Assembly (NCBI GenBank): GCA_965203485.1
Contig: OZ241892.1
Location: forward strand, 1,184,001-1,248,000
From: Longimicrobiales bacterium
GTDB lineage: Bacteria > Gemmatimonadota > Gemmatimonadetes > Longimicrobiales > Gaopeijiaceae
Direction of reading: 5' to 3'
DNA: 64,000 nt
The stretch's first letter is position 1. Every line of letters starts with the position of its first letter. Position numbers and translations under genes: made by a program. The notes below the pieces were generated by a model. That model did not search any database, was not told where the DNA came from, and worked only from the letters and a program-made list of their open reading frames with translations. This document shows positions 30,810 to 38,976 of the stretch, piece after piece.

Positions 30810-31859
30810 GTGACGTGGATCGAGCCGGCCCACTCGAAGGGCCGCGTGGATTGGGCGGGACGAATTCTCGCGACGGCGGACGAGCGCGGCTCGTCGGACT
30901 CCGGGGACCTGCGCGAGGCACGCCTCGTCGCCAGCGCCTGGCGCTCGGCCCACGCGTTCCCCCTCAATGCGTTGCAGAACGGTCTCCGCCAACATGTCCG
31001 AAGGGTTTGCGACGACGCCGTCGTTTCTCAGCGCCTCAAGAGGATTCCGTCGACCATCGCCAAGCTCAAGCGCTTCGGCAGGATGAAACTGTCCCGGATG
31101 CAGGACGTCGGCGGCTGCCGCGCCGTCGTGAGCACGGTCGAGCAGGTCGAAGAGCTGGCCGACCGCTACCGCCGGTCGAGGACCAAGCACCGGGCCGCGA
31201 ACGGAAGGGACTACATCGCCCACCCGAAGGCGTCCGGATACCGCGGCGTGCACTTGGTCTACCGGTACGAGAGCAGCAGAAACCCGGCCTACAACGGATT
31301 GTTGACGGAAATCCAGCTTCGCACCCGCCTCCAGCACGCCTGGGCCACCGCGGTCGAAACCGCCGGTGCCTTCCTGGGGCAAGCGCTCAAGTCCAGCGAG
31401 GGCGAAGACGACTGGCTCCGCTTCTTCGCCTTGGCCAGCTCCGCCTTCGCATTGGACGAAGGCAGAAGCGCGGTCCCGGACACGCCGACGGACCACGACG
31501 CGTTGCGGGAACGGACGCGAAGGCTCGCCCAACGCTTGGACGTGGCGGCGCGCTTGGACGAGTTCGGCGCCCTGATCGACGGTCGGCCGGTTGAACGGTC
31601 GGCCAAGAAAGCGCACTTCGTCCTCCTGGAGCGGCGTCCCGACATGCGCCGCCTCTACGTGACCGAATACGGCAAGGGCGAGCTGGCCAAGATCACGGAC
31701 GACTACCTGAGCGCCGAGGAGAACCTCCGCCACGTCGACGGCGCCGAAGTCGTGATGGTGTCCGTCGACTCCCTTCAGGCGTTGCGGCGCGCCTATCCCA
31801 ACTACTACCTCGACACGCGCCTGTTCATGAAGGAGCTGGAGCGGGTTGTGGATCCGTAG
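30810..31859 (+). CDS. RelA/SpoT small alarmone synthetase domain protein, fused CapRel-like toxin-antitoxin
   Basis: QRLKR..TI.KL, RMQDVGGCRAVV, DYIAHPKASGYRGVH, EIQLRTRLQHAWATAVE, and C-terminal LRRAYPNYYLDT (YxxY). Confidence 0.88.
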   Translation: MTWIEPAHSKGRVDWAGRILATADERGSSDSGDLREARLVASAWRSAHAFPLNALQNGLRQHVRRVCDDAVVSQRLKRIPSTIAKLKRFGRMKLSRMQDVGGCRAVVSTVEQVEELADRYRRSRTKHRAANGRDYIAHPKASGYRGVHLVYRYESSRNPAYNGLLTEIQLRTRLQHAWATAVETAGAFLGQALKSSEGEDDWLRFFALASSAFALDEGRSAVPDTPTDHDALRERTRRLAQRLDVAARLDEFGALIDGRPVERSAKKAHFVLLERRPDMRRLYVTEYGKGELAKITDDYLSAEENLRHVDGAEVVMVSVDSLQALRRAYPNYYLDTRLFMKELERVVDP

Positions 31860-32016
31860 GCGGCGGATGCCGAGGCCTGCGGCGCGACGGACCTTCGGCG
31901 TGGCCGGAAACGCCGGTGTCGTTCCGCCTGCTGGAAGTCGCCAACTTCCGTGTCCGGCCGTTGCCGCGCCACTTCCTCTGTCGCCCTTTCGGCGGAGCGC
32001 TCCGCCTCGTGGGCCC

Positions 32017-32045
32017 TTTACGGATCGTGCCGGATCGGCTACGCT
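32017..32045 (+). promoter_or_regulatory. Putative sigma70-type promoter of tRNA-Leu
   Basis: TTTACG-17 nt-TACGCT ending 9 nt before the tRNA. Confidence 0.55.
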
Positions 32046-32054
32046 ACGTATCCA

Positions 32055-32138
32055 GCCGAGGTGGCGGAACCGGTAGACGCGAAGGTCTCAAAAACCTTTG
32101 TCCTTGCGGGCGTGAGGGTTCGAATCCCTCCCTCGGCA
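32055..32138 (+). tRNA. tRNA-Leu(CAA), CCA end not encoded
   Basis: Acceptor stem GCCGAGG/CCTCGGC-A, anticodon arm AAGGT-CTCAAAA-ACCTT, long variable arm, T-loop GGTTCGAATCC. Confidence 0.97.
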
Positions 32139-32183
32139 TTCGGTGGTGGGCGGCCACCGCGTTCTTCGATGCGAGGGCGAAGG

Positions 32184-33242
32184 TCACGTCCCGCTCCGGA
32201 GGCGGGCTACGATCCATTGGTTCGGTTCCATGTGGTCGGGGTTTTGGAAATAGAACAAATCATTGCCGACGACGTGGAGTTGCGGCGTGTTGCTCAACAG
32301 CGCTTTGGCATTCCCTTCCCGATCAATTATTGCCAGGTAATATGTGAATTCCTGCGTTTCCCATTCCATGGTCTGTATCCGAACTGCAAAATCTCCGTCT
32401 TCCAGAAACCAAAATGAGGCGATCTCCCAAAGCATCGAGGGATCGCGCGTGTCCACTTGCTTGCTCATCGGAATCGGGATCGACCCAACCGGGGAGCCAT
32501 CCAGAGCAAACATGTAGATGCTGTCCGAGAGAGACGATGTCGCCCAAATCGTGTCCCTTGCCACCTTGGCATCTGCATACGCGCTGCGCCACCAAGGAGC
32601 GACGGGCTCGGGGTACGCGGGGTCAAAAAAAGAACTTTCTACATCCCGAGTCACGGGGTTCCATACATGCAAAAGAGGCCGCGAGCTATCCGACGACTCC
32701 GACGAGAAGTCATCTCCGACCACAAGTTTCCGTCCCTCGTCCAAGTCCCACTGGTCTGTGACCAAGAACGGGACTTCGACGACTGTGGGCTCGGTTCCGG
32801 CAACCAAGTCGAAAGTGGTCGCTCTCGATGAAGTCAGGTCAAGCACAACGATCCGCCCTGCTCGGTCGCGCCGGGCCATCACCGGACCCGTGAACTCCCC
32901 AGGCCCGCTTCCCCTGCGTCCCCCTGCCCATAACAGCTCGCCGCTCGTCGCGTACACGCGTGCTTGGAAGGCGTACATGTCGCTCATCACCAAGTGCTCG
33001 CCGTCGAACGTGACGGAAGGATTTGCAATGATCACGTCGTCCCTTTCCTCCAAGGCCATCGTGTCCACGACTTCGAAGACGTCGGAGAACGCCGCGGCTG
33101 CGCCTGCCTCCGCCGCAAACGGAAACGACGGCGGCAGGCCGTCTGCGCACGCCCCTTGAGCCGCCGCAGCAAGGAAAAGCCATGGACAGAGAAGACTCCG
33201 ACTTGGGGAACTCCGCTCCGTCGCGTCGCTATGCTCGGTCAT
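32184..33242 (-). CDS. Six-bladed beta-propeller lipoprotein (TolB-like/NHL-like)
   Basis: Lipobox-like LFLAAAAQGA-C, the GRRGSGPGEF propeller signature, and visibly lower GC than flanking genes. Confidence 0.75.
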   Translation of the reverse strand: MTEHSDATERSSPSRSLLCPWLFLAAAAQGACADGLPPSFPFAAEAGAAAAFSDVFEVVDTMALEERDDVIIANPSVTFDGEHLVMSDMYAFQARVYATSGELLWAGGRRGSGPGEFTGPVMARRDRAGRIVVLDLTSSRATTFDLVAGTEPTVVEVPFLVTDQWDLDEGRKLVVGDDFSSESSDSSRPLLHVWNPVTRDVESSFFDPAYPEPVAPWWRSAYADAKVARDTIWATSSLSDSIYMFALDGSPVGSIPIPMSKQVDTRDPSMLWEIASFWFLEDGDFAVRIQTMEWETQEFTYYLAIIDREGNAKALLSNTPQLHVVGNDLFYFQNPDHMEPNQWIVARLRSGT

Positions 33243-33340
33243 CGTCCTCGCTCCTCATGTAGTTGGAAGACAGTCGTACTCTTGCCAAGCTAGGGGGCCG
33301 GCCGCCCATGACGCAAGGCGGCCGACCCACCGAGCGTTCT

Positions 33341-33565
33341 TCACTCGAAGACGATAATGTTGCAACAGATCGTCGGTTCGAATGGCTTTGGATTGCAGCG
33401 CCTCGGCGTGCAGAGGACGCCGCCTTTGACCTCGTAGCCCCAACGCAGGTCGGCCGTGGCCTCCAGCCTGGTCTCCGCCGGCCCCTCCAGAGGCGTGACG
33501 GGCGCGGCGACGAGGCACGACACGGCCAGTGCCAGCGCGACCCCCAGCTTCTTGATGGACTTCAT
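33341..33565 (-). CDS. Small secreted Cys-rich peptide (74 aa)
   Basis: GAGAGGGG upstream of the ATG, signal peptide MKSIKKLGVALALAVSCLVAA, and C-terminal C-x4-C-x9-CC. Confidence 0.7.
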   Translation of the reverse strand: MKSIKKLGVALALAVSCLVAAPVTPLEGPAETRLEATADLRWGYEVKGGVLCTPRRCNPKPFEPTICCNIIVFE

Positions 33566-33728
33566 GGCACACCCCTCTCGGAATGAAGGAACGAAGCCGC
33601 GGCAGGAACCATCTCTTCCCGCCCGACTACTTCCTAGATACCACGACAGGTCGATTTGGTTTCATCTGGACGTTGCCGCCAGTGCGCAACGGTCGGCCGA
33701 CCTACGCCTACGCAACGGTTACCGCACG

Positions 33729-34118
33729 GGTTCTTCCCCCGTTTCGCTGGGCGCCGTAGGATGGACGAGGGGGGACGGCGTGACTCTTGGAGCGAGGAGA
33801 GCGGATGGATATGCGGGAGTGAGTGGAACGGCTGATGGGTCTGGGGCTGGAGTGGCGGATCGAGCGGGTGGACGAGGATTCGGAGCGCTGGAAGGCGCAA
33901 GACGGCGTTCGACCGGTTTCACGTGGCCAGCCGCATCCAAGCGATCAAGGCCCGGTGTCGCGGCTTCCGCAACCAGGACCGCTTCGCCGCCGCCATTCTC
34001 TTCCACCTCGGCGGCCTCGACCTCTTGACCGCGCCCCGCCCAGCGCTAACCGCCGTGTCCCGTGCCATCCCCGCTTGTTCCGATTCCGTGTCTTCCCCGC
34101 CACATCAGGCGAAGAGCC
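33729..34118 (+). mobile_element. Internally deleted ISL3-family element (~390 bp, non-autonomous)
   Basis: Ends GGTTCTTC... and ...GAAGAGCC form imperfect inverted repeats. Contains a transposase N-terminus (LMGLGLEWRIERVD) and C-terminus (RIQAIKARCRGFRNQDRFAAAILFHLGGLDL) in different frames. Confidence 0.8.
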
Positions 34119-34335
34119 CAAATACTTGTCGCGATGCCTGCCCTCTTGGACAAGTTGGCCGTAGTCGTCGGCGCAATGGCAGAGGGCCATCCTTCTCGTG
34201 CTCTCCGGCTCGGATGAATCGGCATGGGCACAGTACGCCGCGGAGTGTGCTCTGGCCCCCTGGAAGCCATTTTGTGGGCGGACGGACCCACAGTGGGCGA
34301 CGGAACGGGCATCATTGCGGCTGTTGAGGCACGAG

Positions 34336-35784
34336 CTACCCGCCCGCCGCGGGCTCCACCGCCTTCAACACCTCGCGCGTCAGATCCCAGCGGTTGAAGC
34401 CCTGGCGGCCGTAGTCCAAGCCGCGGCGGACGATGACGAGGTCGTGGGTCGGCACGACGACGACGTACTGGCCCCGGTTGCCCGCCGTGGAGTAGGCGTC
34501 GGCGGGCACGTCGTCGCGGTCGGCGGGGACGAGCCACCATTGGCCGCCGTAGAAGGCGCCCCGGTCGGCGGTGGACGGGGCGGGTGCGCGGGCGAAGTCG
34601 ATCCATTCTTCCGAGAGGATTCGCTCGCCGTTCCAGAGGCCGCCGTTCAGGTAGAGCAGGCCGAAACGGGCCAAGTCGCGGGCGTTGGTGTAGACTTGGC
34701 TGCTCAAGATGAAGTCGCCGAAGCGGTCCACGCTGAGCAGCGTGTTGCGCATTCCGATGCGATCCAGCAACGCCGTCCGAGGGAAGGCGAGGTAGTCGCC
34801 GCCGAGCGCCAGCTTCATGGCGTAGACGCCGAGCAGGGTATCGTAGTTCTCGTAGTCCCAGTTGGTTCCGGGCTCGCGGATCAAGGCGCGGTGGCGCGCA
34901 CCGGCCACCGAGCTGGCGCCCGCCCAGTACGACAGGCCCGAACCCGTGGCGTACTCCATTCGCCGGTTGTCCACGGGGTAGAGCCCGCTGGACATGTTGA
35001 GGACGTGGCGCAGCGTGATCGCGGAGCGCGGGTCCGCTTGCGGCGCCGAGGCTCGGGGAAGCCAGTCGAAGCCCAGCGGAGCGTCCAAGTCGAGCCGGCC
35101 CTGGTCCGCGAGAATGCCGATCAGGGTCACCGCGATGCTCTTGGCGGTCGACCACGTGCGGGTGCGGGTCGCCATGTCGGCGCCCGGCCCGTAGCGCTCG
35201 TGGACGATCCGCCCGTCGTGGATTACCAGGAGGCTCAGCGTCACCTGTTCCGGGGACTCCCGGTCGAACGCCCAGTCGGACGCGGCCTGGAGGGCTGCTC
35301 CGTCCACGGCCGCCGGGAGCGGCGCGTCGTCCACGAGGTCGCCGTCGGGCCACGGGATCGCGGCCGGATCGCCCGGCGGCGGCGGCATCACCAGCTCGGG
35401 CAGGCTCTCGATGTCGTCCCAGGTCTGGTCGGGCGCCATGATCACGCATCCGAGCCCCTCCCTGAACGCGGCTCGCATGACGGGCACGTACCCCGGCGCG
35501 CCGATGGCGACGGCCCGCCTGTCCCAATCGACCTCGTAGTCGCCGCCCGCCGCCGTGCCCACGGGCGTGCCCACTCCACCCCGTATGTACGCAATCTCCT
35601 GCTCGAACACCTGCTCCAGCGACCGGCCGGACGTGAAGAGTCCGTTGCAGAGGAAGACCGCCTGCATTCCGCGGGCGATCATCTCGCGGTTGAAGCCCCA
35701 GTAGTCGTAGGACTCCTGGCGCTGTGCCTGGGCGGCGAGCGGGAGGATGGCCAGAGCGGCCGTCAAGACGCGAAAGGGCTTCAT
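34336..35784 (-). CDS. Secreted serine hydrolase, beta-lactamase class C-like family
   Basis: Signal peptide; SxxK (WSTAKS), YxN (YEN), ARDLARFGLLYL, G.RGQY. Confidence 0.88.
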   Translation of the reverse strand: MKPFRVLTAALAILPLAAQAQRQESYDYWGFNREMIARGMQAVFLCNGLFTSGRSLEQVFEQEIAYIRGGVGTPVGTAAGGDYEVDWDRRAVAIGAPGYVPVMRAAFREGLGCVIMAPDQTWDDIESLPELVMPPPPGDPAAIPWPDGDLVDDAPLPAAVDGAALQAASDWAFDRESPEQVTLSLLVIHDGRIVHERYGPGADMATRTRTWSTAKSIAVTLIGILADQGRLDLDAPLGFDWLPRASAPQADPRSAITLRHVLNMSSGLYPVDNRRMEYATGSGLSYWAGASSVAGARHRALIREPGTNWDYENYDTLLGVYAMKLALGGDYLAFPRTALLDRIGMRNTLLSVDRFGDFILSSQVYTNARDLARFGLLYLNGGLWNGERILSEEWIDFARAPAPSTADRGAFYGGQWWLVPADRDDVPADAYSTAGNRGQYVVVVPTHDLVIVRRGLDYGRQGFNRWDLTREVLKAVEPAAGG

Positions 35785-36250
35785 GGTCGGCGAGGTCTGT
35801 TTCGAGTGGTTCCGGCGTGCGGCGGAAGGGCGCTTCGCGGCCCGAACCGGTCCGAATCGGGGCGATGGGAGACCGCGTGGCGCCCGGCCATCCTATCGCT
35901 CTGGGCGGCGAACGGGCAAGCGCGTGGGACGGGGTTTGGAGCGTGTCGTCGGGGCCTGCCCTTGTGGGCACGGGCCGAGGCCCCGAGGCCCGGCAGCGCC
36001 AGAGGATCTGGTCGCGGAGGCGTGCCGCCGGACATGCGTGCCCCACGGGCCGCGAGGGGACGGCTCCGGCCGCAAGACGGGCCGCGAGCATGTCTCGATG
36101 GGCCGGTTGGGCCGCGACCGGCGGCTCGCGTCGTCGCGGACCGGGCGGATTGGCTAGCTTTACGCGAGTCGCGGTGCGCCAGTGGGTGGAGGAGCCTCGC
36201 GAGGTATGGGAGGGAGGAATCCGTCTGCTTTCGGGAGTAGAGAGAGAGTC

Positions 36251-36706
36251 ATGAGCATGAAGAAGCTGTCCGCGGTTCTGGTGGCCCTTGGCATGTCGGC
36301 CGCGCTCTGGCCGGCGGAGCGGACGCCGGGAAGCCCGGAGATGCGCGTCTACAAGTCGCCAACGTGCGGATGTTGCGCCAAGTGGGTGGAGCACATGCGC
36401 GCCGCCGGGTTCGACGTCGTGGTCGAAGACGTGTCGGACATGCGGGAGGTCAAGCGTCGCGAGGGCGTGCCGGCCGACTTGGCGTCGTGCCACACTGCGG
36501 TCGTCGAAGGGTACGTCGTCGAGGGCCACGTGCCTGCGCGGGTCGTCCGAGCCTTCCTCGAGGCGGAGGGCTCGGCGAAGGGAATTGCCGTTCCGGGGAT
36601 GCCCATCGGCTCGCCTGGGATGGAAGGGCCGAACCCGCAGCCCTACGATGTCGTCGCCTTCGACGAGGCCGGCGCCCGCACCGTCTTCGAACGCATCGGG
36701 CGGTAG
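36251..36706 (+). CDS. DUF411 metal-binding periplasmic protein
   Basis: YKSPTCGCC..W..HM, SCHTA, EGHVP, AVPGMPIGSPGME. Confidence 0.9.
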   Translation: MSMKKLSAVLVALGMSAALWPAERTPGSPEMRVYKSPTCGCCAKWVEHMRAAGFDVVVEDVSDMREVKRREGVPADLASCHTAVVEGYVVEGHVPARVVRAFLEAEGSAKGIAVPGMPIGSPGMEGPNPQPYDVVAFDEAGARTVFERIGR

Positions 36707-36730
36707 CCGCGAGCCGCTGGCGCGCGCCCC

Positions 36731-36895
36731 GTCCGCCTCGTCTGCCCGGCGCGAGCCTTCGAGGGCGGCTCTGTCGGAGCGGGCGCCGATGGGGCGGGCG
36801 CCCGCCTCGTCTGCCCGGACGATGCCTTCGAGGGGGCGACTTCTCGCAACCGGGTTGCCGCGGCGGCGTCCGCCTCGTCCGCCGCGCCTCGAGCC
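36731..36895. repeat. Three degenerate ~36-bp direct repeats with a 68-69 bp period
   Basis: Core ccgcctcgtc at 36733, 36802 and 36870. Copies 1 and 2 share ccgcctcgtctgcccgg-N5-gccttcgaggg. Confidence 0.7.
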
Positions 36896-37069
36896 GACGC
36901 GCGGCCGTAAGCGCAGGCTCGCTGTCCGCCGCCCGCCCCGCGAACCGACCAAGACGGGACTGTCGAAGCCCGCCGCGGCGTGGTAGCTTTCGAGGCTCGA
37001 TTGCGCATCCCGCCGTGCGCGTTTTTCGCCGCCCACCTTGACGCGCCCGTTCGCCTCGCCGCCCCCAAA

Positions 37070-38371
37070 ATGCCCGCTACCGACGCTAGAAGCACGCTTT
37101 CCATCACCGACAACCGCACGGGCAAGCAGTACGAGGTGGACGTGCTCGAGGGCGACGTCGTGCGCGCCATGGACCTGCGGCAAATCAAGGTCGCCGCCGA
37201 GGACTTCGGCATGATGGCCTACGACCCCGGCTTCACCAACACGGCTTTCACCACCAGCCGCGTCACGGATGTGGACGGCGGGCGGGGGCTCCTGGAGTAC
37301 CGGGGCTACCCCATCGAGCAGCTGGCCGAGCGCTCGACGTTCTTGGAGGTCGCCCACCTGCTCCTGAAGGGCGAGCTCCCGGCGCAAGCCGAGCTGGACG
37401 ACTTCGTGCGCCAGATCACCTACCACACCTACGTGCACGAGAACGTCCTGACACTGCTCAAGGGCTTTCGCTACGACGCGCACGCGATGGGGATGATGAT
37501 CTCGCTGGTCGCCGCCCTGTCCACGTTCTACCCCGAGGCCAAGAGCGTGGACGACCCGGAGAGCCGCTGGGCGCAGATCGTCCGCTTGGTGGCCAAGATG
37601 CCCACGCTGGCCGCGCTCACCTACAGGCACCATCGCGGGCTGCCCTACGTCTACCCCGAGAACGAACTCTCCTACGCCGCCAACTTCCTGGCCATGCTCT
37701 TCCGCATCGGCGGGCGCGACTACCGCCCGAATCCGGTGCTGGAGCGCGCCCTGGACGTCCTCTTCATCCTGCACGCGGACCACGAGCAGAACTGCTCGAC
37801 CACGGCGATGCGCGTCATCGGCAGCTCCGGCACCGATCCGTTCTCGGCCATGGCCGGCGCGATGGCGGCGCTTTACGGTCCCCTGCACGGCGGCGCCAAC
37901 GAGGCCGTGCTGCGCATGCTGTCCGAGATCGGCAACACGGACAACATCCCCGCCTTCATGGAGAGCGTCCGCAAGGGCGAGCGCCGCCTCATGGGGTTCG
38001 GCCACCGCGTCTACAAGGCGTACGATCCGCGGGCGTCGATCATCAAGCGCACCGCCGAGGACGTCTTCGCCGTCACCGGCCGCAATCCGCTCCTGGACGT
38101 GGCCCTCGAACTCGAGAAGATCGCGCTTCAGGAGGAGTACTTCGTCGAGCGGCGCCTCTACCCCAACGTGGACTTCTACTCGGGCCTCATCTACCAGGCG
38201 ATGGGCTTTCCAGTCGAGCTCTTCCCGGTGCTCTTCGCGATTCCGCGCACGGTGGGCTGGCTCGCCCAATGGCAGGAGATGGTCCAGGATCCCGAGCAGC
38301 GGATCGCGCGGCCCAGGCAGGTCTTCAAGGGGAAGTCGTCGCGGGACTACGTCGCGGCCGAGTCGCGGTGA
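37070..38371 (+). CDS. gltA: Citrate synthase
   Basis: YDPGF.NTA, YRGYPIEQLA, LHADHEQNCST, GPLHGGANE, GFGHRVYK, YPNVDFYSG. Confidence 0.97.
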   Translation: MPATDARSTLSITDNRTGKQYEVDVLEGDVVRAMDLRQIKVAAEDFGMMAYDPGFTNTAFTTSRVTDVDGGRGLLEYRGYPIEQLAERSTFLEVAHLLLKGELPAQAELDDFVRQITYHTYVHENVLTLLKGFRYDAHAMGMMISLVAALSTFYPEAKSVDDPESRWAQIVRLVAKMPTLAALTYRHHRGLPYVYPENELSYAANFLAMLFRIGGRDYRPNPVLERALDVLFILHADHEQNCSTTAMRVIGSSGTDPFSAMAGAMAALYGPLHGGANEAVLRMLSEIGNTDNIPAFMESVRKGERRLMGFGHRVYKAYDPRASIIKRTAEDVFAVTGRNPLLDVALELEKIALQEEYFVERRLYPNVDFYSGLIYQAMGFPVELFPVLFAIPRTVGWLAQWQEMVQDPEQRIARPRQVFKGKSSRDYVAAESR

Positions 38372-38847
38372 GGACGGCGAAGCGCCGCGTCGGACCGACT
38401 GGGCGCCCGTCGGTCCCGGCGGCAACCGGCCGCGCGACCGTCTTGCCGGCGACGACGGCGAAGCCCGGCTTGCCCACGCGGACCAGCGCGGCCGCGCTTC
38501 TTCTGGCGGCTCTCGGCCCGGCGCTTCTTGGCGCCTGCGCATGGGGCGGCACCGGGTTTCGTCCACCCGGCGAGGCGTCCGCGGGGTACGAAGAGATAGA
38601 GATCTTGGTGCGCAACGCCAACTTCAACCAGGTTACCGTGTACACCGTTCGCAGCGGCGCGCAACGGCGGCTCGGGATAGTCGCGGGGAAGGACGAGGCC
38701 GTCTTCAAGACCGACTGGAACTATCCGGACCTTCAGTTGCGCGTGAAGTTCCTGGCCGGGCCGGACTACTTCACGGAAACGTTGCCGGTGAGTCCCGGCG
38801 AGAGGCTCGAGCTGACCATTCCGGCGCGGTCCCAGTCCGCATCTTGA
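38368..38847 (+). CDS. Hypothetical lipoprotein
   Basis: Lipobox LLGA-C followed by a beta-rich domain. GTG overlaps the gltA stop; start uncertain. Confidence 0.6.
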   Translation: MRTAKRRVGPTGRPSVPAATGRATVLPATTAKPGLPTRTSAAALLLAALGPALLGACAWGGTGFRPPGEASAGYEEIEILVRNANFNQVTVYTVRSGAQRRLGIVAGKDEAVFKTDWNYPDLQLRVKFLAGPDYFTETLPVSPGERLELTIPARSQSAS

Positions 38848-38976
38848 CGCTCCGTCCGGGGGGAGGGGCTTCGGCCCGCCTCGCCCGCGCGGACTCCGCG
38901 CCGTGATCCGGTTTTCGCGACTGGGCCTGGGCCAGCCGGCGTTCCCGTCCACATGGCCCGGCAAGGCGGCCGCGCC

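Noticed and set aside
32138..34335. attL/attR duplication of the tRNA 3' end or a prophage
   Set aside because: No repeat of gttcgaatccctccctcggca and no integrase or phage genes were found.
34336..35784. Beta-lactam resistance gene
   Set aside because: SxxK/YxN motifs are shared by many esterases and amidases; the long N-terminal domain fits an uncharacterised serine hydrolase better.
36731..36895. Bona fide CRISPR array call
   Set aside because: Only three degenerate copies, no AT-rich leader and no cas genes; kept as a plain repeat.
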